A stretch of DNA of 64,000 nucleotides from Gaiellales bacterium. GTDB lineage: Bacteria > Actinomycetota > Thermoleophilia > Gaiellales > Gaiellaceae. The DNA is taken from NCBI GenBank assembly GCA_038237515.1, contig JBBRYP010000009.1, forward strand, positions 7,953-71,952, written 5' to 3'. Both the position numbers and the translations under genes were made by a program. Numbering within the stretch: the stretch's first letter is position 1; each line of letters begins with the position of its first letter. The notes under the pieces were generated by a model. The model saw only the letters and a list, made by a program, of their open reading frames with translations. It was not told the origin of the DNA and did no database searches. Shown here in pieces: positions 54,328 to 63,310 of the stretch.

Positions 54328-54888
54328 TCACGCCGCCCTCAGCGCTTGCCGGACCCGCTCCTCCACCGGGAGCTCCGGGTCGATATCGGCGAGCCTTTGG
54401 TCGGCATCGACGACGCTGAAGCCAAGCTCGACCAGCGCGTCCCGGGCGACGGAGCCGTGAGCCCCTCTAGCCTCCGGCGCGTAAGCGGCGGAGGCCAGCT
54501 TCTCCTTGAGCTCGAGCACGACTCGCTGCGCGGTCTTCTTCCCGATACCAGGGATCGCCTCGAAGCGAGCGGTGTCCTCGAGCGCGATCGCCCGTCGCAG
54601 GTCGGCCGCCGGTGAACCCGAGACGATCGCGAGGGCCACCTTCGGCCCGACGCCCGAGACCGAGAGCAGGTGCTCGAAGAGCTCCCGTTCGCCGGCGTCG
54701 GCGAACCCGTACAGCTGGAGAGCGTCCTCGCGGACGTGCAGGTAGGTCTCGACCTCCACCTCGGCCGAACCCTCTGCGCGGCGCAACACCGAGGGGGTTG
54801 CGTTGACGAGGTAGCCCACGCCTCCGACGTCCAGCACGAGGCCGTCCGCGCGGCGCGCGACCGGCCGGCCCCTCAAACGAGCGATCAC
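54328..54888 (-). CDS. ruvA: Holliday junction DNA helicase subunit RuvA
   Basis: GTG 54888 (GTGA overlap with the ruvC stop). VIARLRG...VGGVGYLV...LLSVSGVGPKVALAI...IPGIGKKTAQRVVLELK. Confidence 0.92.
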   Translation of the reverse strand: MIARLRGRPVARRADGLVLDVGGVGYLVNATPSVLRRAEGSAEVEVETYLHVREDALQLYGFADAGERELFEHLLSVSGVGPKVALAIVSGSPAADLRRAIALEDTARFEAIPGIGKKTAQRVVLELKEKLASAAYAPEARGAHGSVARDALVELGFSVVDADQRLADIDPELPVEERVRQALRAA

Positions 54889-55373
54889 CCGGCGATCCTG
54901 AGCAGGGGCGGCGCCAGCGCGTGGCAGATGGCAACCGCGAGCGCGTCGGAGGCGTGGGAGGTGCGGGGCGCATCGGTCAGGCCGAGGATGGCGACGACCA
55001 TCCTCTGGACCTGTTGCTTGTCGGCGCGTCCGTAGCCGCACACGGCGTTCTTCACGTGCGCCGGCGCGTATTCGGTGCACTCGCGCGCCGCGGAAGCCGC
55101 TGCGACCAGTATCGCGCCGCGCGCCTGCCCGACGGAGAGCGCGATGCGGGCGTCAGCGCCGACGAACGACTCCTCGAGCGCGATCGCGTCGGGCCGGTGG
55201 ATCGAGATGAGGCCGGCGACGCCGTCGAAGAGAGTCTTCAGCCGCACCTCGATTCGGTCGCGCGCCGACGTGCGCCACGACCCGTGGTCGATGGCCCTGA
55301 GGCGGCCCGCGCTTTCGTGGACGATCCCGTATCCGCACGCTGCCGTTCCCGGGTCGATGCCGAGGACTCTCAC
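54885..55373 (-). CDS. ruvC: Crossover junction endodeoxyribonuclease RuvC
   Basis: MRVLGIDPGTAACGYG...ALEESF...GYGRADKQQV...SHASDALAVAICH. Confidence 0.95.
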   Translation of the reverse strand: MRVLGIDPGTAACGYGIVHESAGRLRAIDHGSWRTSARDRIEVRLKTLFDGVAGLISIHRPDAIALEESFVGADARIALSVGQARGAILVAAASAARECTEYAPAHVKNAVCGYGRADKQQVQRMVVAILGLTDAPRTSHASDALAVAICHALAPPLLRIAG

Positions 55374-55420
55374 AGCAAGAGGTTAGGCGCGCCTGCGGAC
55401 GTTCCTTCGCCGCCGCGAGG

Positions 55421-56047
55421 TTGCTTGCGGCACCAGGGTGGAAGAATCTGCCCGTGCGCGAGGAAGTGTCGGTCACGCTGCCGGAGGGGGTCGAGCTCCC
55501 GCTCGGAGGCACCACCTCGATCGGCCGTCTCGTCGACAACGACCTCGTGATCGCCTCGACGACCGTCAGCCGCCACCACGCCCGGCTGATCCGAGGCGAG
55601 CAGGGGCGCTGGTTCGTCGAGGACCGGGGCAGCCGCAACGGCACGTTCCTCAACGGCACGAGGATCCAGCCTGGCGTCCCGCTTCCGCTCCACCACAGCG
55701 ACCGGATCGGCATCGGCTCTGAGACGATCGTCTTCTCCTGGGTGCCCGAGAGCGCTGATCCGGAGTCGACAGACCCTCTCGTCGCCGCGCCGGCCCCGAC
55801 GCGCCCCCTCTCGCCTTTCCAGACGCAGGTCGTCCGCTGCCTCTGCGCGGGCTGGCTCGACGGAGGAAGCCTCGACCGCCTCCCCTCGAACGAGGAGATC
55901 GCCTCGCAGCTGGGAACCGCCGGCGCCTCGGAGAGCGTGAAGGCAGCGCTACGCCGCGCGTATGCGAAGGCCGGGCTCTCGGCCGGTACGCCGCACGCGA
56001 AGCGGCGGGCCCTCTGCCGGATCGCGCGGCAGCGCAGCTGGATTTAA
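55421..56047 (+). CDS. FHA-domain protein with C-terminal LuxR/GerE-like HTH
   Basis: GRLVDNDLVIASTTVSRHHARL...DRGSRNGTFLNG (FHA), then LSPFQTQVVRCLCAGW...SNEEIASQLGTAGASESVKAALRRAYAKAGL. GTG 55454 is an alternative start. Confidence 0.75.
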   Translation: MLAAPGWKNLPVREEVSVTLPEGVELPLGGTTSIGRLVDNDLVIASTTVSRHHARLIRGEQGRWFVEDRGSRNGTFLNGTRIQPGVPLPLHHSDRIGIGSETIVFSWVPESADPESTDPLVAAPAPTRPLSPFQTQVVRCLCAGWLDGGSLDRLPSNEEIASQLGTAGASESVKAALRRAYAKAGLSAGTPHAKRRALCRIARQRSWI

Positions 56048-56279
56048 CATGGGTGAACCCCTGGTTCCCCCATAAGCCCCCTCCTTCCCGGCGCCTGGGC
56101 AGGGTGCTTGTCTGCGGGGCCGGTCACGGGTGGCTGCGTCCCATCGTTGCTCGACCGCTTGTTGGGGCTCCCGCCGCGGGAACCGCGGCTCCGCCCGCTT
56201 CTCGCGGCCGCTCCTGACGGGCTACAACACCTAGCAGAGAGCGGAGCTTTTCAACGATCTTAGAAGGACGGGGCACGGA

Positions 56280-57143
56280 ATGTTGATCGGCGTTGGCGAT
56301 ATTCGGCTCTTCGTGGAGGTGCTTGGCCAGGAATGGGTTGTTGCTGACGGTGCGATGAAGCGCCAGCCCGTGCTCATCGGTCTTCACGGCGGGCCGGGGG
56401 TCGACGGGTTGGGGTTGAGGCACTCCCTCGCTCCGCTGGCGGACGTCGCCCAGGTGATCGTTCCGGATCAGCGAGGACACGGACGCAGCGATTCCGGTTC
56501 CCCCGAAAGCTGGAACCTGCCAACCTGGGCCGCTGATGTCCGACGTCTCCGTGACGCACTCGGCGTCGAGCGTCCAGTGGTGCTGGGTCTCTCGTTCGGC
56601 GGCTTCGTCGCTCAGCAGTATGCCTTCACGTATTCCGACGAGATCGCCGCACTCATCCTGATCAGCACGGCCCCGCGCTTCCCCGGCTCCGAGGAGGTGA
56701 TCGCACGCACACGGGAAGTCGGCGGCGACGAGGCCGCCGAAGCAATGCGACGGGACTTCGAGAACCCGACTGCTGAGACCGCCGCCGCGGTGGCGCGTCT
56801 CTGTCGACCTTTGTACTCGCGCCGCGCGACACCTGATCCGCTGCGCGCAGCCCTCGAGCCGCACTTCATCCGAACACCCGAGGTGATCGAACGGTGGTGG
56901 GCCGAGGCAGGGCGTTCGATGAACCTACGGCCCCATCTCCGGGATGTGCGATGCCCGACGCTCGTCCTGATAGGCGAGCACGACCCGCTGAATCCACCTG
57001 CTCTGGGTCGGGAGATCGTCGATGCGATCCCGAACGACCTCGCCCGCCTCGAAGTCGTCCCCGAGGCAGCTCACCAGCTCATCGGCGACAACCCGGAACA
57101 CGCCCATCGCTGCATCCGCGAGTTCCTAGTCGAGTTGGACTGA
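56280..57143 (+). CDS. Alpha/beta hydrolase (proline iminopeptidase-like)
   Basis: HGGPG, nucleophile elbow GLSFGG, and a C-terminal His region. Confidence 0.85.
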   Translation: MLIGVGDIRLFVEVLGQEWVVADGAMKRQPVLIGLHGGPGVDGLGLRHSLAPLADVAQVIVPDQRGHGRSDSGSPESWNLPTWAADVRRLRDALGVERPVVLGLSFGGFVAQQYAFTYSDEIAALILISTAPRFPGSEEVIARTREVGGDEAAEAMRRDFENPTAETAAAVARLCRPLYSRRATPDPLRAALEPHFIRTPEVIERWWAEAGRSMNLRPHLRDVRCPTLVLIGEHDPLNPPALGREIVDAIPNDLARLEVVPEAAHQLIGDNPEHAHRCIREFLVELD

Positions 57144-57176
57144 TGCGCGGGGAGAGCCGTGCGTTGCCAATCGCTC

Positions 57177-57932
57177 TCACGAAGCGACGGCTTCCAGGAC
57201 TCGCTCCGGGATGTCGAAGTTGGCGTAGACCTCCTGGACGTCGTCGTTGTCCTCCAGGGCGTCCACCAGCCGTAGCACCTTCTTCGCGGCCGACTCCTCC
57301 GCGAGCTCGACGGTCGTCTTCGGGATCATCGTCAGCTCCGCCGACTCCACCGCGATGCCGGCGGCTTCGACCGCCTGGCGGACGGCGACGAGCGCGTCCG
57401 GCGCGCACAGCACCTGGAACGACGAACCGTCGCGGGTCACGTCCTCTGCGCCGCCCTCGGCCGCAGCAAGGATGAGGTCGTCCTCGTCGGCGGTCTCGGC
57501 GTCAACGAGGACGACCCCGCGCCGCTCGAAGAGCCAGCCGACGGCGCCGGAGCCGCCGAGCGATCCGTCGTACTTCGTGAACAGGTGCCGGACGTCCGAC
57601 GCGGTGCGGTTGCGGTTGTCGGTCAGCGCCTCGACGATCAGCGCGACGCCGCTCGGCCCGTAGCCCTCGTAGACGACGGTCTCGAACGCCTGTGCGTCGG
57701 CGTCGGCGCCCGAGCCCCGCGCGATCGCGCGCTCGATGTTGTCCTTCGGCATCGAGTAGGACCGCGCCTTCTCGACCGCGTTCGCGAGCGCCAGATTCGC
57801 AGAAGGGTCTCCCCCGCCTTCGCGGGCCGCCACGATGATCGCCCGCGAGAGCTTCGAGAAGAGCTTCCCGCGCTTGATGTCGGCAGCGCCCTTCTTGTGC
57901 TTGATCGACGACCACTTGCTATGCCCTGACAC
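57177..57932 (-). CDS. yebC: YebC/PmpR-family transcriptional regulator
   Basis: [28 protein letters not shown]... Confidence 0.95.
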   Translation of the reverse strand: MSGHSKWSSIKHKKGAADIKRGKLFSKLSRAIIVAAREGGGDPSANLALANAVEKARSYSMPKDNIERAIARGSGADADAQAFETVVYEGYGPSGVALIVEALTDNRNRTASDVRHLFTKYDGSLGGSGAVGWLFERRGVVLVDAETADEDDLILAAAEGGAEDVTRDGSSFQVLCAPDALVAVRQAVEAAGIAVESAELTMIPKTTVELAEESAAKKVLRLVDALEDNDDVQEVYANFDIPERVLEAVAS

Positions 57933-58500
57933 CCTGCTCCTCCCTCATGAGCTCGAGAAATCGCTCGTGGACGCGTGTATCGCCAGTCAGCTCCGGGTGG
58001 AAGGAGGACACGAGGAACCTGCCCTGGCGGAGCAGCACCGGGTCGCCGTCGAGGTCGGCGAGCACCTCGACGTCGGGGCCTGCCTGCTCGACCCGCGGCG
58101 CCCGGATGAAGACGCCGCGCAACGGCTCCGGATCGCCGTCCAGCTGCAGGTCCGCCTCGAAGCTCGCCACCTGCCGTCCATACCCGTTCCTGCGCACGAG
58201 CAGGTCGACACCCCCGAGCAGCGGCTGGCCGGGCACCCCGTCGACCGTGTCCCGCGCCAGGAGGATCATCCCTGCACAGGTGCCGAAGACCGGCCGTTCG
58301 AAGCCCCGGATCGCCTCCTCCAGCCCGTAGAGGCGGATCAGCCGCCCGATAGCGGTCGACTCTCCGCCGGGGATGACGAGCCCATCGAGACCGTCGAGCT
58401 GCTCCGGCCGTCGCACCTCGACCGGTTCCACCCGAAGCCGGCGGAGCATCGCCGCGTGCTCGCGGAAGTTGCCCTGGACGGCGAGGATCCCGATCTTCAC
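57919..58500 (-). CDS. pdxT: Pyridoxal 5'-phosphate synthase glutaminase subunit PdxT
   Basis: [15 protein letters not shown]...[10 protein letters not shown]...GTCAGMILL...FHPE. Confidence 0.95.
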   Translation of the reverse strand: MKIGILAVQGNFREHAAMLRRLRVEPVEVRRPEQLDGLDGLVIPGGESTAIGRLIRLYGLEEAIRGFERPVFGTCAGMILLARDTVDGVPGQPLLGGVDLLVRRNGYGRQVASFEADLQLDGDPEPLRGVFIRAPRVEQAGPDVEVLADLDGDPVLLRQGRFLVSSFHPELTGDTRVHERFLELMREEQGVRA

Positions 58501-58543
58501 GCTGCGGATTCTACGGAGGCGCGCACCCGCTCTCGTCGCCGCC

Positions 58544-59307
58544 TCAGATCATGAACGCGCCGCCGTTGTGGTCGATCGCCTGCCCTGTGACGCCGCGGGC
58601 GTCGGGCGAGAGCAGCCACGCGACGGTGCCGGCGATGTCCTCGGGAGCGCTCATCCGGCGTAGGGGCACCTGGCTCATCGCGATGCCGTGGGCGTCCTCG
58701 CGGGTGCCGCCGATCTCGGCGGCGAGTCCGTCCAGCCCCTCCCACGCCATCTCGGTGTCGACCCAGCCCGGGCAGATCGCGTTGACGTGCGCGCCCGCCG
58801 GCGCGAGCTCGGCGGCGAACGCACGCACGAGCCCGAGCAGCCCGGCCTTCGAGGCGCAGTAGCCCGTGTAGCCGGCGACACCGATCCGGGCGAGGATCGA
58901 CGCGATCACGACGACATGCCCCCCCCTCCGGCCCATTCAAGAGGTGCGGCTCGGCCGCCCAGACGCAGCGGTAGGTGCCGACGAGATTCGTCGCGACGAG
59001 ATCCTCGTAGCGATCGCCTGGCCCTGCCGCGTTCGGGCCGCCCATGCCGGCGTTCGGGACCAGCGCGTGGAGCGGGCCGTCTCGCTCCACGGAAGCCGTG
59101 AAGGCTGCGTCCACCTGCTGCGCGTCGCGGATGTCGCAGGCCGCGAAGAAGGCGGCCGCGTCGCGTGCCACGGACGCGAGGCGCGCCTCGTCCCCGAGCG
59201 AGCAACGTCAGGCGAGCGCCGTCCGCCGCGAGCCGAAGCACAATCGCCCGCTCGATACCAGTTCCGGCACCGGTGGCGACGACGTGCCGCCCCTCGATTC
59301 GCCCCAT
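58544..59307 (-). pseudogene. Short-chain dehydrogenase/reductase carrying two +1 frameshifts
   Basis: N-terminus VVATGAGTGIERAIV in one frame, PNAGMG...TNLVGTY in a second, and YTGYCASKAG...NAICPGWVDT in a third. The shifts map to the C4 run (59192-59195) and the C8 run (58918-58925). Confidence 0.75.
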
Positions 59308-59678
59308 GACCGATCAGGTTATTCAGAGGTTGACGCGGGAGGCGCTACGAGCTAAGGGCCTGTCCACAAAGTGAGCCAGGGCGCCTGACAGACGTCACGC
59401 GCCTCGATCCGGCGTCCTCGGTCGCGCAGATATGCCTGCATATCGACGCTCCCTGCGTCCTTGCCTCAAGACGCGTGCCGCCTGTCATCCACCGTGGCCA
59501 CTTTCCGGACAGGCCCTAACCGTGCCGCGCGACGAACAAGAGGCTCATGAGGAAAGCAGGGGGGTTCTCTCCGCTCGCTTGAGTCGCCACCGCATATCCA
59601 GTCGCGGGCGGAGCCGGGCTCCGCCCGGCGGGAGCCCACGGTGCAGTGGCCAGTACGCCGCGCAGAAGAAGGGGGCCA

Positions 59679-59703
59679 ACGGGGGAAACCTGGTTTCCCC
59701 CGT
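59679..59703 (-). terminator. Candidate terminator hairpin after pdxS
   Basis: ACGGGGGAAACC-AGG-TTTCCCCCGT begins 3 nt after the pdxS stop and is followed by TGGCCCCCTTCTTCTG (a weak U tract). Confidence 0.45.
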
Positions 59704-59706
59704 TCT

Positions 59707-60591
59707 CTACCAGCCGCGAGTCTCGAGCAGCTGTTCGGGCGCGAGCGCGGCGGTGGAAAGGCCGCTCATCGCGTCGCCGAGCCCGCTGGAGATGCGGGCG
59801 AGGATCTCCGGGTCGCGGAAGTGCGTGGTCGCCTCGACGATCGCTTTCGCGCGGGGCGCCGGGTCGTCTGCCTTGAAGATTCCGGAGCCGACGAAGACGC
59901 CGTCGGCGCCAAGCTGCATGCAGAGTGCGGCGTCCGCGGGGGTCGCGATGCCGCCGGCGGTGAAGGTGACGACGGGCAGACGCCCGTGCTCGGCAACCCA
60001 GCGGACGAGCTCGACCGGCGCCTGGAGCATCTTCGCCTCAGCGAACAGCTCCTCCGCCGGGAGGACCCCCAGTCGGCGGATGCCCCCGAACACGGTGCGC
60101 ATGTGGCGCACGGCGTTCACGATGTCACCGGTGCCGGCCTCGCCCTTCGTGCGGATCATCGCCGCCCCCTCGGCCACCCGACGGAGCGCCTCGCCGAGGT
60201 TGCGGCAACCGCAGACGAACGGCACGCGGAACTGCCACTTGTCGATGTGGTGCTCCTCGTCGGCCGGCGTGAGCACCTCGCTCTCGTCGATGTAGTCCAC
60301 CTCGAGCGCCTCGAGGATCTGTGCCTCGACGAAGTGGCCGATCCGCGCCTTGGCCATCACCGGGATGGTCACGGCTTCCTGGATCTCGCGTACCTTGTCA
60401 GGATCGGCCATGCGGGCGACGCCACCCTGCGCCCGAATGTCTGCGGGAACGCGCTCGAGCGCCATCACGGCGACGGCTCCGGCCTCCTCTGCGATCAGCG
60501 CCTGGTCGGCGTTGGTGACGTCCATGATCACTCCGCCCTTGAGCATCTCGGCGAGGCCGCTCTTCACGCGCATCGTTCCGAGTTCCGCCAC
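59707..60591 (-). CDS. pdxS: Pyridoxal 5'-phosphate synthase lyase subunit PdxS
   Basis: 294 aa. [14 protein letters not shown]...[13 protein letters not shown]...[14 protein letters not shown]. Confidence 0.97.
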   Translation of the reverse strand: MAELGTMRVKSGLAEMLKGGVIMDVTNADQALIAEEAGAVAVMALERVPADIRAQGGVARMADPDKVREIQEAVTIPVMAKARIGHFVEAQILEALEVDYIDESEVLTPADEEHHIDKWQFRVPFVCGCRNLGEALRRVAEGAAMIRTKGEAGTGDIVNAVRHMRTVFGGIRRLGVLPAEELFAEAKMLQAPVELVRWVAEHGRLPVVTFTAGGIATPADAALCMQLGADGVFVGSGIFKADDPAPRAKAIVEATTHFRDPEILARISSGLGDAMSGLSTAALAPEQLLETRGW

Positions 60592-60615
60592 GGACTCGAT
60601 TGTAGTCAGACGGCG

Positions 60616-61356
60616 CTAGGAGAGAGCGGTCTCGCCCGGGCGCGGCTCCTCGAGCCCCGTCTCTCTCGGCCCGACGACTGCGGGGCGCAGCGGCCGCAGG
60701 TAGAGCAGCTCGTACAGGAGCGCCGCGACCGCTCCGCCGACGAGCGGCCCTGCATACCAGATCCAACCGTCGCTCCAGGTGTTGTGGACGAGCTGGGTTC
60801 CGAAGGCCCTGGAGGGATTCATCGCCGCGCCCGTCAAGGGGCCGGCCATGAAGATGTCGAGCGTGATCGTGAAGCCGATCGCGAGCCCGGCGATCGACTT
60901 GAAGGTGCCGCGCGAGTCGGCGGCGGTGGCGAAGATCACCCACACGAGGAAGAAGGTGAGGATCGCCTCGATCGCGAATCCGGCGCCCGGTCCGATGCGG
61001 TTGCTCAGGACGGGGGCTCCGAGGTTCACCGCGTCGATCCTGTCCGACGGGTAGATCCACCAGAGCATGAGCGCCGCCACTGTCGCCCCACCGAACTGCG
61101 CGAGCCAGTAGACGGCCGCAAGGGCGGGCTTCATCCGGCGCGTGACGAGGAAGCCGAACGTGACCGCCGGGTTGAAGTGGCCCCCGGAGATGTGTCCCAC
61201 CGCGGAGGCCATGACCGCGATCACGAGCCCATGCGCCAGGGCGATCGCGACGAGATCTTGGCCGCCCACGGTGATGATCGTCCCGGCGCCGACGAAGGTC
61301 AGGGCGAACGCACCGACGAGCTCCGCGACCCCGCGCCGCAGCCAGTCGCCGTCCAT
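60616..61356 (-). CDS. MIP-family channel (aquaporin/aquaglyceroporin)
   Basis: HISGGHFNPAVTFG (first NPA box) and GAAMNPSRAFG (second box reads NPS). Confidence 0.9.
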   Translation of the reverse strand: MDGDWLRRGVAELVGAFALTFVGAGTIITVGGQDLVAIALAHGLVIAVMASAVGHISGGHFNPAVTFGFLVTRRMKPALAAVYWLAQFGGATVAALMLWWIYPSDRIDAVNLGAPVLSNRIGPGAGFAIEAILTFFLVWVIFATAADSRGTFKSIAGLAIGFTITLDIFMAGPLTGAAMNPSRAFGTQLVHNTWSDGWIWYAGPLVGGAVAALLYELLYLRPLRPAVVGPRETGLEEPRPGETALS

Positions 61357-61393
61357 GGGGCCCGAGGTTACGGACCGCGTCGGACGGGCCCGG

Positions 61394-62176
61394 TTACAGG
61401 AGCTCGCGCTCGAGCACCGAAGCGACCGCGCGAAGCGCCATGCGCGTCTCCTCGAGTGCCGGTTCCCGCGTAGTCACGCGCTGGAGCGCGAGCCCGGGCA
61501 GCAGGAACAGCCGCCGCCACCCCCGTGCGGACTGGACGACCCTCCAAAGCTCCATCGTCGCCGCGAGCGAGAGCAGGCTCACGACTGCGGGCGTGTAGAA
61601 CGCCGGCGGCAGCGGCCAGAGACGTTGCGCGGCGAAAGCGACGGGGAAGACGAGGACGGCGAAGTTCGTGCCGCAGCGCGTCGCGAAACGCGTCGGCCTC
61701 GCCTCGCCCCGCCAGGTTGCGAGGAGACGCCCCTCTTCGGCGGCTGCGATCGCGCGGTGCTCCGCGCCGTGGAGGTAGAGCGTCCGACCGCGCAGCAGCC
61801 AGAAGACGAGCGACACGGTCAGCGTCAGGCCCGCCACGAGCGCCACCGTGTGAGGCAGGAAGATGAAGGCGCAGGGCGCGATCAACGCGAGTGCGAGGAG
61901 TCGCCGTTCCCGAGGGCGTGCGACACCCGTCCGGCGGAAGAGCGGCGAGAGCGAGGCGAGCAGGCGGGCGACGCCACGGGCCAGCGGGACCCGCCGCAGG
62001 CCCCTTGGCGGCTGGGGCATCCCGCCGTGCCGGATCGAGCCGTCCCGACCTGCGAAGGCCCAGAAGCGCTCGCTCACGATCACGACGCCGTCGGGCCTGG
62101 CCATCCCGCCCAGGCGCGGAAGCGCGAGGGCGGCACCGTCGGCGCGCGAGAGCAGGGTCGTCAACCGGTCTTCCAC
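61394..62176 (-). CDS. DUF1385-family membrane protein
   Basis: GGMARPDGVVIVSE, LHGAEHRAIAAAEEG, RCGTNFAVLV. GTG start. Confidence 0.75.
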   Translation of the reverse strand: MEDRLTTLLSRADGAALALPRLGGMARPDGVVIVSERFWAFAGRDGSIRHGGMPQPPRGLRRVPLARGVARLLASLSPLFRRTGVARPRERRLLALALIAPCAFIFLPHTVALVAGLTLTVSLVFWLLRGRTLYLHGAEHRAIAAAEEGRLLATWRGEARPTRFATRCGTNFAVLVFPVAFAAQRLWPLPPAFYTPAVVSLLSLAATMELWRVVQSARGWRRLFLLPGLALQRVTTREPALEETRMALRAVASVLERELL

Positions 62177-62259
62177 GGGGACGTCTTAGCTTCGACGAGG
62201 GGAAGCGGGCGCGCAAGGGCCGCGGGACCTATCCCGGCGGCTTTCCCGGCCCAGAGGAC

Positions 62260-62302
62260 AAAAAAATGCCAGATCCGGATGACCCGAAGGCCCGCCGGAT
62301 CT
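62260..62302 (-). terminator. Intrinsic terminator (UUCG-capped hairpin plus U7) on the minus strand
   Basis: On the minus strand: AGAUCCGGCGGGCC-UUCG-GGUCAUCCGGAUCU, then GGCA and UUUUUUU. Confidence 0.7.
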
Positions 62303-62312
62303 GACGCCCGGG

Positions 62313-62342
62313 ACTCTATTCGGCGGGCGCGGCGGCTGTCAA
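62313..62342 (-). promoter_or_regulatory. Near-consensus sigma-70 promoter on the minus strand
   Basis: On the minus strand: TTGACA (62342-62337), an 18-nt spacer, then TAGAGT (62318-62313, TANNNT type). Confidence 0.55.
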
Positions 62343-62415
62343 GGAAGAACTCTCGAAGGAGATCGGGCGCCGCAGCGCGAATTCTCGCAAGCCGGTTCTT
62401 TCCCGGTTTCTGCGG

Positions 62416-63273
62416 ATGCGTCGATTCGTTCTTCTGCCACTCCTCCTGCTCGCCTGGAGCGGGGCGCCGGCCGCCGCGGAGATGGGGAACCCGCAGGTTG
62501 CCGCACTCCAGGTGGCTCTGCACGCGCGGGGCCTCTACTCGGGCACGATCGACGGAGAACCCGGTGCGCCGACCACCAGGGCGGTTCGTAAGCTCCAACG
62601 CGCCGCGCGGATCACGGAGGACGGCGTCGCCGGGCCTCAGACGCGGTCGGCACTCGGTGCCTTCGCGACACCCTCGCTTGGCAGCCGACTGGTCAGGGAG
62701 GGCATGGCGGGTTGGGATGTGGCCGGTCTCCAGTTCCTGCTGGCGTGGCACGGCTTTCCCTCCGGGACCCTGGACGGCGTCTTCGGCGAGCGGACACGGG
62801 CCGCGCTCCTGAGGTTCCAGCGCTGGGGAGGCGTTCCCCAGACCGGGAACGCCGGACCCCAGACGCTCGCGGCGCTCCAGGCGCCGCCCGCCCGGTCCCC
62901 GCTCACGCTCTCGTGGCCGCTCCCCGCAGTTCTCGGCGATCCGTTCGGCCCCCGCGGCGTCCGCTTCCACGCGGGCATCGACATCCCGGCCGTCACCGGC
63001 ACGTACGTACGCGCGGCGGCCCCGGGGCTCGTCGTCTACGCCGGCTGGCGGGACGGGGGCTGGGGCAATGAGGTCACGGTCGAGCACGCCGATGGGGTCC
63101 GCACGATGTATGCGCACCTGTCGCGCGTCGAGGTGGGACTCGCGCAGCGCGTAGCCACCGGAGCGCTCATCGGCCGCGTGGGCGCGACGGGCGACGCGAC
63201 CGGCCCCCACCTGCATTTCGAGGTTCGCCTGCGCGGCGCGGCGGTCGACCCGCTGCCGGCGCTCGTGGGCTAG
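62416..63273 (+). CDS. Secreted peptidoglycan-binding (3 x PG_binding_1-like) M23 peptidase
   Basis: Signal peptide. Repeated ALQ..L...G.Y.G.IDG..G..T..A...FQ motifs. C-terminus HAGIDI...VEHADGVRTMYAH...GPHLHFEV. Confidence 0.88.
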   Translation: MRRFVLLPLLLLAWSGAPAAAEMGNPQVAALQVALHARGLYSGTIDGEPGAPTTRAVRKLQRAARITEDGVAGPQTRSALGAFATPSLGSRLVREGMAGWDVAGLQFLLAWHGFPSGTLDGVFGERTRAALLRFQRWGGVPQTGNAGPQTLAALQAPPARSPLTLSWPLPAVLGDPFGPRGVRFHAGIDIPAVTGTYVRAAAPGLVVYAGWRDGGWGNEVTVEHADGVRTMYAHLSRVEVGLAQRVATGALIGRVGATGDATGPHLHFEVRLRGAAVDPLPALVG

Positions 63274-63310
63274 CGGGTCCCCCGTCGATGTCGGTGGGCG
63301 ATCCACCGCA

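Noticed and set aside
55466-55490. TGTCGGT (the PafBC / RecA-independent promoter -35-like element) near the ruvC-FHA divergent region, with another on the minus strand at 18547-18553.
   Set aside because: No TANNNT -10 follows at the required 8-nt spacing, and both sites lie inside coding sequence.
56048-56279. 230-nt lower-GC spacer after the FHA gene, containing the hairpin GGGTGAACC-CCT-GGTTCCCCC and GGGAACCGCGGCTCCGCCC.
   Set aside because: The hairpin has no U tract, and the sequence is not colinear with the repeat family. It resembles only the general G5AAC...GTTC5 hairpin style of this genome. There is insufficient evidence for a distinct element.
59541-59700. RNase P-like GAGGAAAG box (59549) and an SRP-like CCGGAAAG motif (reverse strand of 59495-59510) in the pdxS-SDR spacer.
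   Set aside because: Other universally conserved RNase P elements (GUCCGGGCUCC continuation, ACAGAA, GGUAAGGGUGAAA) and the SRP domain IV hairpin with GGAA/AGCA loops are absent. These are isolated short matches only.
62177-62415. c-di-AMP (ydaO-type) riboswitch upstream of the peptidoglycan-binding M23 peptidase, as seen for cell-wall hydrolases in Actinobacteria.
   Set aside because: The conserved GGGGACCCA, GGGGUGAAUC and CCGAACCCG...CUAACCUCGUAAGC blocks were looked for on the plus strand and not found.
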